Positions 23,801 through 33,522 of a stretch of 64,000 nucleotides of DNA are shown in pieces. The DNA is from an uncultured Methanomassiliicoccales archaeon. GTDB taxonomy: Archaea > Thermoplasmatota > Thermoplasmata > Methanomassiliicoccales > UBA472. The position numbers were made by a program, and so were the translations under genes. Where the stretch lies: positions 2,080,001 to 2,144,000 of the forward strand of contig OY968769.1 of assembly GCA_963695345.1 (NCBI GenBank). The letters are read 5' to 3'. The notes below the pieces were generated by a model. It worked only from the letters and a program-made list of their open reading frames with translations. It was not told the origin of the DNA and did no database searches. The first letter of the stretch is position 1. Every line of letters starts with the position of its first letter.

Positions 23801-24210
23801 AGATAATAACGGATCAGTATGAAAGCCCCGAGGAAGGCGAAGAACTGGAACGATAGTTTCTCCAGCGCGATGATGCCCACGGTCTGCAGGCCCAGGGCCT
23901 GACCGATTATCCAGAAAGAGGTGCGGAACGAAAGGGGGTCGAGACCGAAGGAACCTCCCGAATAGTAATCGTTCCAGGCATAGTTACCCAGGCTGCCTAA
24001 CGGGGGAATGTAGTTCTTTGCGATCACCGCTTGGTTCTCGGGTATCATGAACACCTTGAGATTTCCCGCGATTCCTGCCTCAAGATAGGTCAGATTGCAC
24101 GCGACGGTGATGATGATGAGTATCGCGACGACCAACCAGAAGCGTCTATCTAGACCTAAGAGGTCGAAACGCTTTCGTACACCGGTGATCGCGCTATTGA
24201 AAACTGCCAA
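20818..24210 (-). CDS. Large polytopic GT-C-like protein (1130 aa) with extracellular CBM-like domains
   Basis: ~12 TM segments, YRAVYLP, NIGYLVIHND, beta-rich region LSNPSFDYG..WLDNVRV, FRESYDQKW, HFVDDGIINGY, C-terminal TM; many N-x-S/T sequons. Confidence 0.65.
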   Translation of the reverse strand: MAVFNSAITGVRKRFDLLGLDRRFWLVVAILIIITVACNLTYLEAGIAGNLKVFMIPENQAVIAKNYIPPLGSLGNYAWNDYYSGGSFGLDPLSFRTSFWIIGQALGLQTVGIIALEKLSFQFFAFLGAFILIRYYLSKRMDDSLTITAAAFLGSLIYGLNPSYFLGDSYWVGIQLSLTSLPWIIWAFSKTALDNKWVYLPICAILMAFNVDEHFIWAGFPIILFLYMFFCITTRKGSWKKKLVTPTVAFFGVMFLFVSLIAYRLIFRLTATSSQGLALSTTGLSVPWGHATMFNMLLASSHMDLGSYYVITSNPFSFLNYLVPATILITAAAFFAVYRYSRYNEVLFYAILLVFSILFFYVDSPFKGIHEYLFFNTPIGLAFRTWRVSDALIAISLTVLCGFTFVSIIRFVKGRRFKLFGKQRRVSLIAFLVVFILLVSAYSWPLLFTNPAANAGPADVPVEFQNAWNYLDSVGEDYRAVYLPDYGSYKPVWSSTVGSNDIWTFSSSVPTILFGTNWNHFGYFALDTKYSSSLFHNQDVESLAAFCGFVNIGYLVIHNDVKELQGLVQPMISKMENSSVFLEVFHQGMVYIFKNLKADYRISTNQDLVLADGGYRLMDQFMKSTGYSNDFSYDFIGQDVSLKAISAAPIIISDKTDSQMIEGLTYMEAMVTAGSNMTTIFPYDQVVNFNPTTQWSKGSYWDPHQNVWHPYVNWPQYSFDFDFNRGVVYTIGSTDQVNFEITPDHSGNSYLILRYFANEQGGTIQVTTNGVDQTIETYDGYDGFLLAKIPMVAVDGETVTVSLKNIAGFNGISAISIVSAESYDSARTDALGLLTTKTVYKFGINVLSNPSFDYGYGGWQVYYSVNGSVPVRSPISNYTNQDNYMDGVYALLFQQNKTIAGVETYQIISDEFAFDQNKTYTITADSLPYGLTIPLVQVSYLDENNDLISQTNMTIDQRSIWNLWRSNQTSLEVPAGAVYGRVDISFDLKNNDSETWKCWLDNVRVLASDKVDLTTTMLSPKNSDISFIRISSVEYRIDMTNVSGQAIVAFRESYDQKWVLTASDGTVQGHFVDDGIINGYVVTGNGNISLNLYYTGQNNMQIGYWLSYAGMGVALLLIVGNIVWNWRKRS

Positions 24211-24364
24211 AACATCTCACCTGGTGGCCCATCATTCCCTGCCTTCTGGCATTAAGTTTGACATAGTTAAGGGTTTGCTCTTTTTGTCCGTCAATTGTGG
24301 CGGCGAGATATTTATCCATTCACCACCGTCAATTAACTTATTATGACGGATATCACAATAAATG

Positions 24365-24694
24365 TCACTTAGCGGTCCTGCTTCCGTTCTTTTGCTTTCT
24401 CAAGTTTCTGATCCGGTCAAGCCGCCCAAAAAACGGCTCCGCCTCTCCTTCCGGTCCTGTCTGACTGTTCGAGGATGGCCGGAATCTCTCAATTATGACG
24501 ATCAGGATCCCGGTCACAAAAGAGTAGAACGCAAGTATGGCCCAGGGATTCGGGTCCCAGAAATAGAACAGGGCGGAGGCCACAAGGAAGGCGATGGAGA
24601 CGATTATTGGGAATCGCGGGTCCACCTTCAGCAGGTATCTCATCGAGAACAGGGATATGACAAGAATGAGAACCGCGACATCCATGATGTTCAT
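24365..24694 (-). CDS. Small membrane protein (3 TM)
   Basis: Hydrophobic 109 aa ORF, DPRFPI..WAILAFY, co-oriented in the GT-C cluster. Confidence 0.6.
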   Translation of the reverse strand: MNIMDVAVLILVISLFSMRYLLKVDPRFPIIVSIAFLVASALFYFWDPNPWAILAFYSFVTGILIVIIERFRPSSNSQTGPEGEAEPFFGRLDRIRNLRKQKNGSRTAK

Positions 24695-24795
24695 TCAACG
24701 CCTCGCCTTTCTTTATGTGTCTCGTATTATTTGTTCTTTACAGGATTCGTCAACAAAACCAGAGGCAATAATGGATGGGCCTCTCCTGTTCACGT

Positions 24796-25794
24796 TCAAG
24801 CGATCAGTAGTCGGTTTCGATGTTGGTGATCGGCAGTCGAGAACGCATAGCAGCTCAGAAGGTTGGAGGGGGACATGGTGGCAACGAAACTGCCGGCGGC
24901 TAGATCCCCTGTCCCCTCTATCTGGGTCCAGTAGAGGGGTCCCGACGCCCACGGCAAACCGCTGGCAATCATGCTGACCACATCCTTGGCCACCGCATCT
25001 TCCATGGAGGTGGTGAAAGGCTGATCCATCGCATCGCTCAATAGGACGATGCTGCCGTTGCCCCTATGGATAACGGCGGCCGATGTGAGGCTCTCTCCCC
25101 TCGAATACAGATACCCGATCGCCTGGCCATAGTTCTCCACATCACTGACCCGCATTCCCTGTCTGGGTGAGACGAATTCGAAGCCAAAGGCGGTGGCCAC
25201 TAGACTGGCAGTGACGCCGCTCCCCCCTTCATAGTCCAAGGCCTCATACCCTATCTGGTAGGGCGCGGCCATGGAGGAATTGGCGGAAACGAACGGCAAG
25301 GCTTCCGATCCCAGGCCGAAGATCAATCCTCCTTTTTCTACCCACGACAACATATCGGCTTCCTGGTCCGACCAGTCCTGGGTCGAATTGACTATGATCA
25401 GGGCGGAAGGTCCGCCCTTCATAACATCCAAGGCCCCCTGGTGGTCGACCAGCCTGACCGTCACAGGTAAACCTGATATCTCAATCTCGGCCCGGATGTG
25501 GTCGTACAGGCCCAATATCCGGGCGTAGTCCTGAATTGAGTATTTATTTTTGTCAGAGAATATGTAAATGGGCAAGGGCTCATATCGATCCAACGGTACC
25601 AGGACGATTCTTACGGGATCGGAGTATCGAGAAGACGAAATAGAATAGTTGACCAGCACCGATTCATTGCTCCCGCCGTAACCTCGTTTGACGGTCAACG
25701 TGATCGCGCCTGGCTCATTCCAGGGCTGGATCACCGCCGATGTGATGAACAACGCGGATATCACAAGCGCCAGCAGAATCGCCCCTATCCTCAT
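24796..25794 (-). CDS. Secreted/membrane-anchored hypothetical protein
   Basis: N-terminal signal/TM; WVEKGGLIFGLG and GNGSIVLL resemble a class-I GATase-like/DUF4350-type fold; ATGA overlap with the upstream gene. Confidence 0.6.
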   Translation of the reverse strand: MRIGAILLALVISALFITSAVIQPWNEPGAITLTVKRGYGGSNESVLVNYSISSSRYSDPVRIVLVPLDRYEPLPIYIFSDKNKYSIQDYARILGLYDHIRAEIEISGLPVTVRLVDHQGALDVMKGGPSALIIVNSTQDWSDQEADMLSWVEKGGLIFGLGSEALPFVSANSSMAAPYQIGYEALDYEGGSGVTASLVATAFGFEFVSPRQGMRVSDVENYGQAIGYLYSRGESLTSAAVIHRGNGSIVLLSDAMDQPFTTSMEDAVAKDVVSMIASGLPWASGPLYWTQIEGTGDLAAGSFVATMSPSNLLSCYAFSTADHQHRNRLLIA

Positions 25795-27218
25795 TTTTCC
25801 TTCACCTCAGGATTCCTCGTCAGGTAAGATAGGGGATCATATTTTGCGGGAAGAAAAATGGAGTAAAGGAACAATGTTGCCGAAAAAATCACCGCGGATA
25901 GGATGAATATGTGCGATAACGGATCCGCCGAATTGTAGTACAACACGATATTGCTGTTAAGTGTCTCGATTTCCACCAGCCCAACGTAGCTGGCTAGAGG
26001 ATAGAACAATGCGTAGAATGATTGGAGCGATGATAGGAACAGCACGCCCAGCACCGAGAGGGCGGCGAATCTCCATTCCATTCTGGTCCCCTCAGGCGCG
26101 ACCAGGAGCATCAACGGAATGAGCCATATCAGATGCTGCGGGTTGCTCAATGGCTGAAGGATCAAAAGGGTGGCCACGAACAGTAAATTGCCTCTGATCA
26201 ACCTTTTATGAAGATCCGTTCCAGTTCTTCCTTTCACTGCCCACCAGGCCCAAAGCACTGATGCCCCCAGGATGGCGATGTAAATCAGGGTGGACAGGTG
26301 CAGGTCGGGAAAGGCCGAATCCGGGCTGATCTCCGGTATTAGGCCGTTCCATAAAGACCAAACGCTGATTCCCCCGAATTGCTGATAGTCGGTTCTTCTG
26401 AGGATTAACTCCGTGAATCTTCCCGATGCAATGAAGAACGGAAGCACAGTCACCAGCGCGATCGCCCCGCCGGCGAGCAACTCGACGACCTGTTTTCCTC
26501 CGTGCTTCGATATCCAAGGAATCGTCCTCTTCCGGTTCATCACTATGATGACCGTCAGGTAGAAGAAAATGAGGAAAACTGGGTAAACCTTGAGCAAGGT
26601 TCCCACCCCTAGAGCGAAACCCGCGAAAAGATACTTTTGTCTGATCGCGAAATAAAGCGCCGCCAGGGTCATCAAGGCTGGAAGCACGTCGAACTGGCCC
26701 ATCATCGAGCCGGTAAGGATGACCAAGGGGTTCAGGAACCATAGGACGAACGCACGTTTTGCCCAGGTCTCGCCATACAGGTCCCGGACTATGAGGAATA
26801 TGATCATTCCGGCCAGCAGGTCTCCTATGATCAAGGGAAATTTGATGGCCAGATTGAACTCGGGGCTGGTTACGTATGGGACCAACATGCCCGTGGCCTG
26901 GGCCGCACCGACCATCGTCGGCTGGAACATAACAAAACCAGACGGATCTTGGAAAAGTGAAAGGAGAAGAACGAACGGATACGTGATGACCATGAAAAGA
27001 GGGGGATATGAGTACATTACATGGCCATAGATACCCAGGCCTGAAAGGGAATCGGCCATCGCTGAATAGTACGGGTATACGTCGTAGGTCCAGGAAGTGA
27101 ATGGAGCCAAGGCGAAACGGATCGCCAAACCGACCAGGGCGATGACCGCGATCCCCCTGAAGGAAAGCATGAGGGACCTGGTCAAATGTACATACGATCT
27201 TATTGATCCATCAGCCAT
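25791..27218 (-). CDS. GT87/PIG-M-like GT-C membrane glycosyltransferase
   Basis: TSWTYDV, YSYPPL, IKFPLIIGDL, WFLNP, GQFDVLP, LKVYP, NPQHLIW. Confidence 0.8.
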   Translation of the reverse strand: MADGSIRSYVHLTRSLMLSFRGIAVIALVGLAIRFALAPFTSWTYDVYPYYSAMADSLSGLGIYGHVMYSYPPLFMVITYPFVLLLSLFQDPSGFVMFQPTMVGAAQATGMLVPYVTSPEFNLAIKFPLIIGDLLAGMIIFLIVRDLYGETWAKRAFVLWFLNPLVILTGSMMGQFDVLPALMTLAALYFAIRQKYLFAGFALGVGTLLKVYPVFLIFFYLTVIIVMNRKRTIPWISKHGGKQVVELLAGGAIALVTVLPFFIASGRFTELILRRTDYQQFGGISVWSLWNGLIPEISPDSAFPDLHLSTLIYIAILGASVLWAWWAVKGRTGTDLHKRLIRGNLLFVATLLILQPLSNPQHLIWLIPLMLLVAPEGTRMEWRFAALSVLGVLFLSSLQSFYALFYPLASYVGLVEIETLNSNIVLYYNSADPLSHIFILSAVIFSATLFLYSIFLPAKYDPLSYLTRNPEVKEK

Positions 27219-27412
27219 GGTTCCTCCACACCCACCTCATACTCCCAACAATCCAGTATCGTATGCTGTCTTTTCTTGTCAAAGGTATGTATTCTATTAA
27301 ACTTTGTCAATGAATCGACCCATCCACAGGCATGAGTAATCCCATTGTGCCAGAGTATGGATGGCAGGGACCTCGGCAACCTTCGGAGAAATAATACGCG
27401 AAATCCGGGCGT

Positions 27413-28375
27413 TCACGGACTTCCGCCGTCGCCCGACCGGACCTTTGAGGCATAGAACCTGTTGAATATCCATTTGTACACTCGGTTGGGGATCGCCAGC
27501 ATGGGCACGTCGACCAGCCAGAAGCTCGGGTAGGATCCGAAGGACCGTCTCATTAGACCGAACAGCTCGGAGTCCACCTTCAATCCGTTCACCTTGGCCC
27601 AGGAGATCTCTCGCACATAACGGCCTTTGATCACGAAATCACCGTTCCTCTTGATCTGGTGCGAATAGCCCAGGTCTTCCATGCCGGAAAAGAGCTGGAC
27701 AAGTTTGAGACCGACCTGTAAGGATGTGCCGCCCTTTCCCCATCTGGCTCCTTCGCCCTGCCTCAGCATTTCGTCGGCGATGACATAGCCCTTTCTTCCG
27801 TCCTTTGGAGCCAGCGACTGGATCGAGTAGGCGAAGTGGATCCACAGACAACCATCGAACCTCTTCATGTCCAGGTCCAGCCATACCTGGCGGTTCACTA
27901 TGTTGCTGGAGACCAGGCCGTTCTTGAACTGACCATGCCTGAAGAACTGGTTACCGTCCTGGCAGAATACATCATCTGAGAGTCCCAGATCGATCCAGTT
28001 CTTGAAATTGGCGAATATCAGGGCCAGGTCGGGGTGTTTGACCATCACGTCCATGATGTGGCCGACCGATCCTGGGAGCAGGTAGTCATCATCCGAGACA
28101 AACCACACGAACTTGCCCTTTGCGTTCCGCACGATGCAATCGACGTTCGCGTCGAAGCCAACATTGACATCGTTCCTGGCGTACCTGACCAATTCGGGAT
28201 AGCGGGATTGATAGTCTTTGGCAATATTGGCGGTCTCATCGACCGACGCATTGTCCATTATCAGGACCTCGACGGACTTTCCCTCCGCTTCTTTGATGAT
28301 GCTGTCCAGCACTTCGGAGAGGAACATCTGACCGTTATAGGTGGGTATGCCTATTGTCAATACAGGAACGTTCAT
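27413..28375 (-). CDS. GT2 glycosyltransferase, abequosyltransferase (RfbV/WbaV)-like
   Basis: LTIGIPTYN, DNASVDET, NVGFDAN, WFVSDDD, WIHF. Confidence 0.8.
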   Translation of the reverse strand: MNVPVLTIGIPTYNGQMFLSEVLDSIIKEAEGKSVEVLIMDNASVDETANIAKDYQSRYPELVRYARNDVNVGFDANVDCIVRNAKGKFVWFVSDDDYLLPGSVGHIMDVMVKHPDLALIFANFKNWIDLGLSDDVFCQDGNQFFRHGQFKNGLVSSNIVNRQVWLDLDMKRFDGCLWIHFAYSIQSLAPKDGRKGYVIADEMLRQGEGARWGKGGTSLQVGLKLVQLFSGMEDLGYSHQIKRNGDFVIKGRYVREISWAKVNGLKVDSELFGLMRRSFGSYPSFWLVDVPMLAIPNRVYKWIFNRFYASKVRSGDGGSP

Positions 28376-28605
28376 GTCAGATCTCAGCCTGGTGAACCAA
28401 AAACCGCTCGGGTCCTAACCGCTTTGTCCTAATTAAATCGTGCGTTCTTCAGCATGAGGATCAACGGTGCCTGCAATGGCAGCCGTCTCAATGGTACTCT
28501 TGGAAATGAACGGACCGAACGCATCGGGCGATATTCCACCGCCCGAATGATTAGATGCTGATACATTCCGGCCAGGCATTTCCGAGGTCGAGGTCGCCCT
28601 GTCTT

Positions 28606-29658
28606 TCAGCGGACCTGGTTCCATCTTATCGTTCTGCTTATCGCGGTGTCCAGGTTGACTGTGACCTTGAGATCCAGCGTTCTGATGGCGCGGTCAACAT
28701 TGGGAACGAATTTCGATGGCTGCTCCTCGGGACCTCTGGACAGTCCGCTGATTATCTTTGGTGGGGTCGGGAAATTGGAGGCGATCTTTTGGGCCAGGTC
28801 CTGGAGGGATATCGGGTCCGGACTGCCTACATTATAGCTCTGGCCGACCTCGCCCCTGACCAGGATATTCAGTAGCCACCAGGCCATATCCGATGGGTAC
28901 ATGTAGCTTCTAACGGTCCTTCCGTCCCCAAGGATCCTGATGGGGCCTCCGAGAAGTCCGTCCCTGATGAAATTGTTGATCGCCCATGGCCTGTCCAGTA
29001 ACTGATGCGGGCCGATGAAGGCGAACGGTCGGGCGGTGACGATCGGCAATCGATGCTGGTTCCGGTAGATGGAACATATGATCTCGCCCATTCTCTTCGA
29101 CTCTGCGTAGGCTGAGCTAAATGCCCCGCAGTCCAGTCCGCCCATCATGTTCTCGGAGATCCCTTTGGTCTCCCAGGGCTGCGCGCCATAGACCAATCCC
29201 GAGCTAAGATTCAGTATCTTCCTCACATCCGATGACCTGGAGGCGTATTCAAGCAGGGAATTGGTCCCCTCGACTATGGTCTGGACGGTCCTCAGCGGCT
29301 CCGATGCGTGAACCCTCCTGTCCGGGGTGGCCGCGGCGTGGATGATGTAGGAAAAGTCAGACGGGATGTCGGTAAGGTTCCTGATGTCCCTCTCGATCAG
29401 TTGCACGTCGTCCCGTTCTGCGATATGTGGAACATTTTTCCTGAAGCTGCCGGTATTGGTTGCCAGCAGCGCCAATCTGGTCTTGAAGCCATGTTGATCG
29501 TTGAGGTAGATCACCAGCTCTGACAGCCAGGTACCAACGAAACCGGTTCCTCCGGTTATCAGCAGGGACTCATTTCTTAGAAGGTCCAATTTCTTTGTGC
29601 CGGACGAGGTGACCGCTTCCAGGTCCTGAATGACGATCTTGTGCTGAGGGTTGTTCAT
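28606..29658 (-). CDS. NAD-dependent epimerase/dehydratase (extended SDR)
   Basis: ITGGTGFVG, SSGLVYG, YAESK, ARPFAFIGP, RSYMY. Confidence 0.85.
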   Translation of the reverse strand: MNNPQHKIVIQDLEAVTSSGTKKLDLLRNESLLITGGTGFVGTWLSELVIYLNDQHGFKTRLALLATNTGSFRKNVPHIAERDDVQLIERDIRNLTDIPSDFSYIIHAAATPDRRVHASEPLRTVQTIVEGTNSLLEYASRSSDVRKILNLSSGLVYGAQPWETKGISENMMGGLDCGAFSSAYAESKRMGEIICSIYRNQHRLPIVTARPFAFIGPHQLLDRPWAINNFIRDGLLGGPIRILGDGRTVRSYMYPSDMAWWLLNILVRGEVGQSYNVGSPDPISLQDLAQKIASNFPTPPKIISGLSRGPEEQPSKFVPNVDRAIRTLDLKVTVNLDTAISRTIRWNQVR

Positions 29659-30674
29659 TGGACTTTCCTTCCCTTCATGGACGAAAGCTGCGCCGCGACC
29701 TCTATGATGATATCTTCTTGGCCTCCGACCACCTGCCTTCGCCCCAATTCGAAGAAGACATCGCGCGGGTCCACGTCGTACTCCATGGAGATCCTCTCCA
29801 CCGGCTTCGAGAAACCCGAGAAGACGCCAGCCATTCCGCTGACGACGCTCAAGGACCTTATCCTCGGGATCTCCTTCATCAGTTCCTTCTCGGCCATATC
29901 GGCGGCGTCGAGCAGTCCGTAGAGGTCGATCCCGGTCGAATACCCCATTTTATCCAGGACCGCCACGAGGACCTCGACCTGGGCATTGCCAGCGCCGGCG
30001 CCGAATCCCCTTGCTGCCCCATCGATGATGGTGGCGCCCGCCTCCACCGCCGCCATGGCGTTAGCGATCCCCATCCCCAGATTGTTGTGGGCGTGGAATC
30101 CGACGGGAATATTTAATTTGCCTACCAGAAGGGAGATGCGCTCCGTTACCTGAGGAGGAAGGTATGCCCCGGCCGAATCATAGATCACCACTCCTTCAGC
30201 GCCATAGGATTCCATCTTCTGAGCCTCCACCAGTAGGACGTCCGGCGAGGCCATGTGGCTCATCATGAGGGCCCCGACGGCCTCTTTGCCCTTCGCGCGA
30301 ATAAAACTGATATGCCTCTGGGTAACGTCTGCCTCGGTGCAATGGGCGGCCACCCTGACAACGTCCACTCCCAGTTCCAAAGCCTTCCCCAGGTCCCTCC
30401 TGATCGTGGCGAAACCCGGCATGTCATGGATGGCCAGCTTTGCCGTCGTTAGGCACTTTTTGGCCTCGGTCAACATCTTCTCGTCATTGATGGCACTTAT
30501 ACCGACCTGTAATGAGGATGCTCCAAGGCCGTTCCCGTGTCCGACCTCGACGATGGGGACGCCGGCAGCGTTGGCGGCCTTAGCATAGGACGTGATCTGC
30601 TCTACCGACAATTGGTGGGCCACCGCGTGGTTCCCATCCCTCAAGGTCACGTCATGGACAGTAATTTTAGACAT
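29655..30674 (-). CDS. dmpG: 4-hydroxy-2-oxovalerate aldolase
   Basis: DVTLRDGNHA, EVGHGNGLGASS, HCTEAD, LMMSHM, GFHAHNNLG, VGGQED. Confidence 0.93.
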   Translation of the reverse strand: MSKITVHDVTLRDGNHAVAHQLSVEQITSYAKAANAAGVPIVEVGHGNGLGASSLQVGISAINDEKMLTEAKKCLTTAKLAIHDMPGFATIRRDLGKALELGVDVVRVAAHCTEADVTQRHISFIRAKGKEAVGALMMSHMASPDVLLVEAQKMESYGAEGVVIYDSAGAYLPPQVTERISLLVGKLNIPVGFHAHNNLGMGIANAMAAVEAGATIIDGAARGFGAGAGNAQVEVLVAVLDKMGYSTGIDLYGLLDAADMAEKELMKEIPRIRSLSVVSGMAGVFSGFSKPVERISMEYDVDPRDVFFELGRRQVVGGQEDIIIEVAAQLSSMKGRKVQ

Positions 30675-30699
30675 GGACCATCCTTAATAGGCCGCACCT

Positions 30700-31581
30700 T
30701 TATTTGTTCATTATGATTTGTTTGGCGAATCGTTCGGCCATTGATATTCCAGCGCAGTTGATAATATCCATGTTCCCGGCATATTTCGGAAGGTAGTCCC
30801 CCATACCCCTGACTCTGACCATCACGACCACCCGGTTCGCCTCGATCGTCGGAGCGACCAGCAGATTGTATCCCGGGACATATTTCTGGATCTTAGCGAC
30901 CATCGAATCGACCTCCTCCCTGAGACGTGCCATGTCTGGCCGCTTCACCTTGGCAAAGACCGTAGTCTGCATGTCGATCGAGGGGTTGGCCGGATTCAGG
31001 ATCAGGATGGCCTTTACGTTCTGGCAGCCGGAGAACTTCCTCAGTCCCCTCTCGGTGGTGTCCACATACTCGTCCAGGTTCTGTCTCGTTGCCGGACCGG
31101 CACTCCGGGAGGCGATGCTCGAGACGACCTCGATATACTCCACGTCTTCCTGCGTCCTTCCGATAACGTTAGCCAGCGGTATCGATGCCTGCCCCCCGCA
31201 GGTGATCATGTTGATATTGTCATAGTCCAGGCATTCGTCCAGATTGATCGCCGGAATGCACATCTCGCCGATCCCGGACGGGGTCATGTCAATGACCTTC
31301 TTGTTCAGCTTCTTAAGGATCGGCCAGTGTTTGCTGTGGTCCATCGCCGAGGTGGCATCGAAAACAACGTCGCAGCAATCGGGATTCCTTTCGATCGCGT
31401 CAATGCTCAGGTCAGACACCTTGACCCCCAGGCTGTTCGCCTTGTTCATTCCTGGCGTCCCCAGGTGGCGTCCGATGAACAGCGAACACTCGATGTAGGG
31501 GGATCGCATCGTTTTGACCAAGAGGTCCGTTCCGATGTTGCCGCTGCCTAGGATCGCTACCTTGACCTTTTTGGTGTTCAT
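30700..31581 (-). CDS. dmpF: Acetaldehyde dehydrogenase (acylating)
   Basis: GSGNIGTDL, FDATSA, NMITCGGQA, SRSAGPATR, GDYLPKYAGNMDI. Confidence 0.95.
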   Translation of the reverse strand: MNTKKVKVAILGSGNIGTDLLVKTMRSPYIECSLFIGRHLGTPGMNKANSLGVKVSDLSIDAIERNPDCCDVVFDATSAMDHSKHWPILKKLNKKVIDMTPSGIGEMCIPAINLDECLDYDNINMITCGGQASIPLANVIGRTQEDVEYIEVVSSIASRSAGPATRQNLDEYVDTTERGLRKFSGCQNVKAILILNPANPSIDMQTTVFAKVKRPDMARLREEVDSMVAKIQKYVPGYNLLVAPTIEANRVVVMVRVRGMGDYLPKYAGNMDIINCAGISMAERFAKQIIMNK

Positions 31582-31608
31582 TATGCAGCACCCACAGTGT
31601 CTCGAGGT

Positions 31609-33399
31609 TCACTTGCATCCTCTGCGGACGTTACAGGCCAGATATTCTTCCCTGGGAAGGAATGGGAACATGTCGTCGTAAGGCATGGACCTCATGGTTC
31701 CATCCTCCAGCTTCTTCGATGCGATCCTCGGGATCAGTATCTGGTTCGGCGGGTTCATGACCTCGATGATCATCGGTCCATCCTCGGTGAACATCGGCAT
31801 TATGGACGATTCAAGGTCATCAGTGGCCTCTATCCGCATATACTTCAATCCGTAGGCATCAGCCAGCTTAGACAGGTCGGGGAAGCTCACGCCATTGGAC
31901 TCGTCCGTCCCAATATGGCGGCCTCCCTGGAAGTTGTTCTGCGTCAATCGGATCAGGAGGTATCCGTTGTTATTCAGGACGATCAATTTGATGGGAAGCT
32001 TGTTGTGGACAATGGTCTGCAGTTCTTGGATGTTCATCTGCAGGGACCCGTCCCCGGAAATGCAATAGATATTCCTGTTGGGGAAAGCGGAGGCCATCCC
32101 GATCGACCCAGGCATGTAGCCCATCGTCGAAAGTCCACCGGTTATCAGATGTCTTTGACCGAACTTGACCTTGAACGCCTGGGCATAGGCGTGGAAGCAT
32201 GAACCGGTGTCGACCAGGAACAATGCGTCCTGCGGCGCCTTCTGCGACAGGACATGATAGAAGTGATAGGAATTGATCCCTTCCTTCTCATCCAGATACT
32301 CCGGCAGGTCCACTGGATAGTTCCGTTTCCATTCCTGGGTCTTCATCACCCATTCCTTGTGGGGGAAGGTGAAGCCCTCGAGGGCCTTGTTCAATTTGAT
32401 GAAGAATTCTTTTGCATCGGCCTTGATGGCCAGGTCTGGAACGACCGAGGGCTTTTTCAGCTCTTCCTCATCGATGTCCACCATGATCTTCTTCGCATCT
32501 TTCGCGAAATCCTGATAATCATAGCTGACCAGGCCAATGGCCAGTCGGCAGCCGACACTTATGAACAGGTCAGAATTCTGGATGGTGAAATTGCTCGGGC
32601 GATCCCCATAGGTCCCCGGCCGGCCAACGAAACAAGGGTCGTCGTGGTCAATCAGGTCCATCCCCAATCTGGAGGTCATTACCGGTATCCTCACGTTGTC
32701 GACAAAGGCGTGGAACTCGTCGATCGCCTCCGCCAATCTTACGCCCGCACCGACCAACAGACACGGCCTCTCGCTCATCCTGATGTCCTCGGCGACCATT
32801 CTTACCTGCTCATCGAGGCTTGGTCTGGAGTTTTGGACCGGGGAAGGGGGAGTGTATCCCTCGTAATCATCAGGATCGAAGCTGGCGCCCTGGATATCGA
32901 TCGGGCATTCGATCCAGACCGGCCCGACCCTGGCCTCCTTCGCTATGTGGATGCATTTTTCCACCTCATATCTGACCCGGGAGATGTCATCCAGCATGAC
33001 CGCGTATTTGGTAACGTTCTTGAATATCGGCAGTGTGTTGTAACCCTGGAGCGCGAATTGCCTGGGCCCCGTGACCTTGGCCTGTGAGACCTTGGATTGG
33101 CCGGAAACGATGATGCAGGGGGCGGAATCGACATAGGCGCCGACCACTCCGGTCAAGGTGTTCAAGGCCCCTGGCCCGGCGGTGACATAGGCCACTCCCA
33201 ATTTTCCCGTGGAGCGTCCATAGGCGTCCGCCGCCATGACCGCGGCCTGTTCATGATGGCAGCACACGTATCTCTGTTCTCCGTGTTGCAGTAGGGCATC
33301 CGTCAGATGCATGATCATGCCCCCGGTGATCAGGAAAACACAATCTCCTCCGGCATCAAACAGACGATGGGTGATATAGTCAGCAACACGGACTTTCAT
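31609..33399 (-). CDS. ThDP-dependent acetolactate-synthase-like carboligase (YerE-like)
   Basis: HHEQAAVMAADAY, TAGPG, GPVWIECPIDIQ, GDGSLQMNIQEL..LNNNGY ThDP motif; next to CDP-3,6-dideoxyhexose genes. Confidence 0.85.
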   Translation of the reverse strand: MKVRVADYITHRLFDAGGDCVFLITGGMIMHLTDALLQHGEQRYVCCHHEQAAVMAADAYGRSTGKLGVAYVTAGPGALNTLTGVVGAYVDSAPCIIVSGQSKVSQAKVTGPRQFALQGYNTLPIFKNVTKYAVMLDDISRVRYEVEKCIHIAKEARVGPVWIECPIDIQGASFDPDDYEGYTPPSPVQNSRPSLDEQVRMVAEDIRMSERPCLLVGAGVRLAEAIDEFHAFVDNVRIPVMTSRLGMDLIDHDDPCFVGRPGTYGDRPSNFTIQNSDLFISVGCRLAIGLVSYDYQDFAKDAKKIMVDIDEEELKKPSVVPDLAIKADAKEFFIKLNKALEGFTFPHKEWVMKTQEWKRNYPVDLPEYLDEKEGINSYHFYHVLSQKAPQDALFLVDTGSCFHAYAQAFKVKFGQRHLITGGLSTMGYMPGSIGMASAFPNRNIYCISGDGSLQMNIQELQTIVHNKLPIKLIVLNNNGYLLIRLTQNNFQGGRHIGTDESNGVSFPDLSKLADAYGLKYMRIEATDDLESSIMPMFTEDGPMIIEVMNPPNQILIPRIASKKLEDGTMRSMPYDDMFPFLPREEYLACNVRRGCK

Positions 33400-33522
33400 G
33401 ACATCACAACTTATTTTCTACGGTAATGATTGAGAACGGTTATATTATTCTAGCGGTGTTCATTCGGTATATCCAATTCAATCCTGGATGACTTCACAAA
33501 CACCAGTGTCCGGACGTCATTT

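Noticed and set aside
29655-31581. dmpFG as evidence of aromatic meta-cleavage catabolism
   Set aside because: No dioxygenase, hydrolase or hydratase genes in the window; the host is an anaerobe and the genes are coupled to sugar-nucleotide enzymes
31609-33399. Acetolactate synthase ilvB for branched-chain amino acids
   Set aside because: No ilvN/ilvC neighbours; the context is the CDP-dideoxysugar cluster
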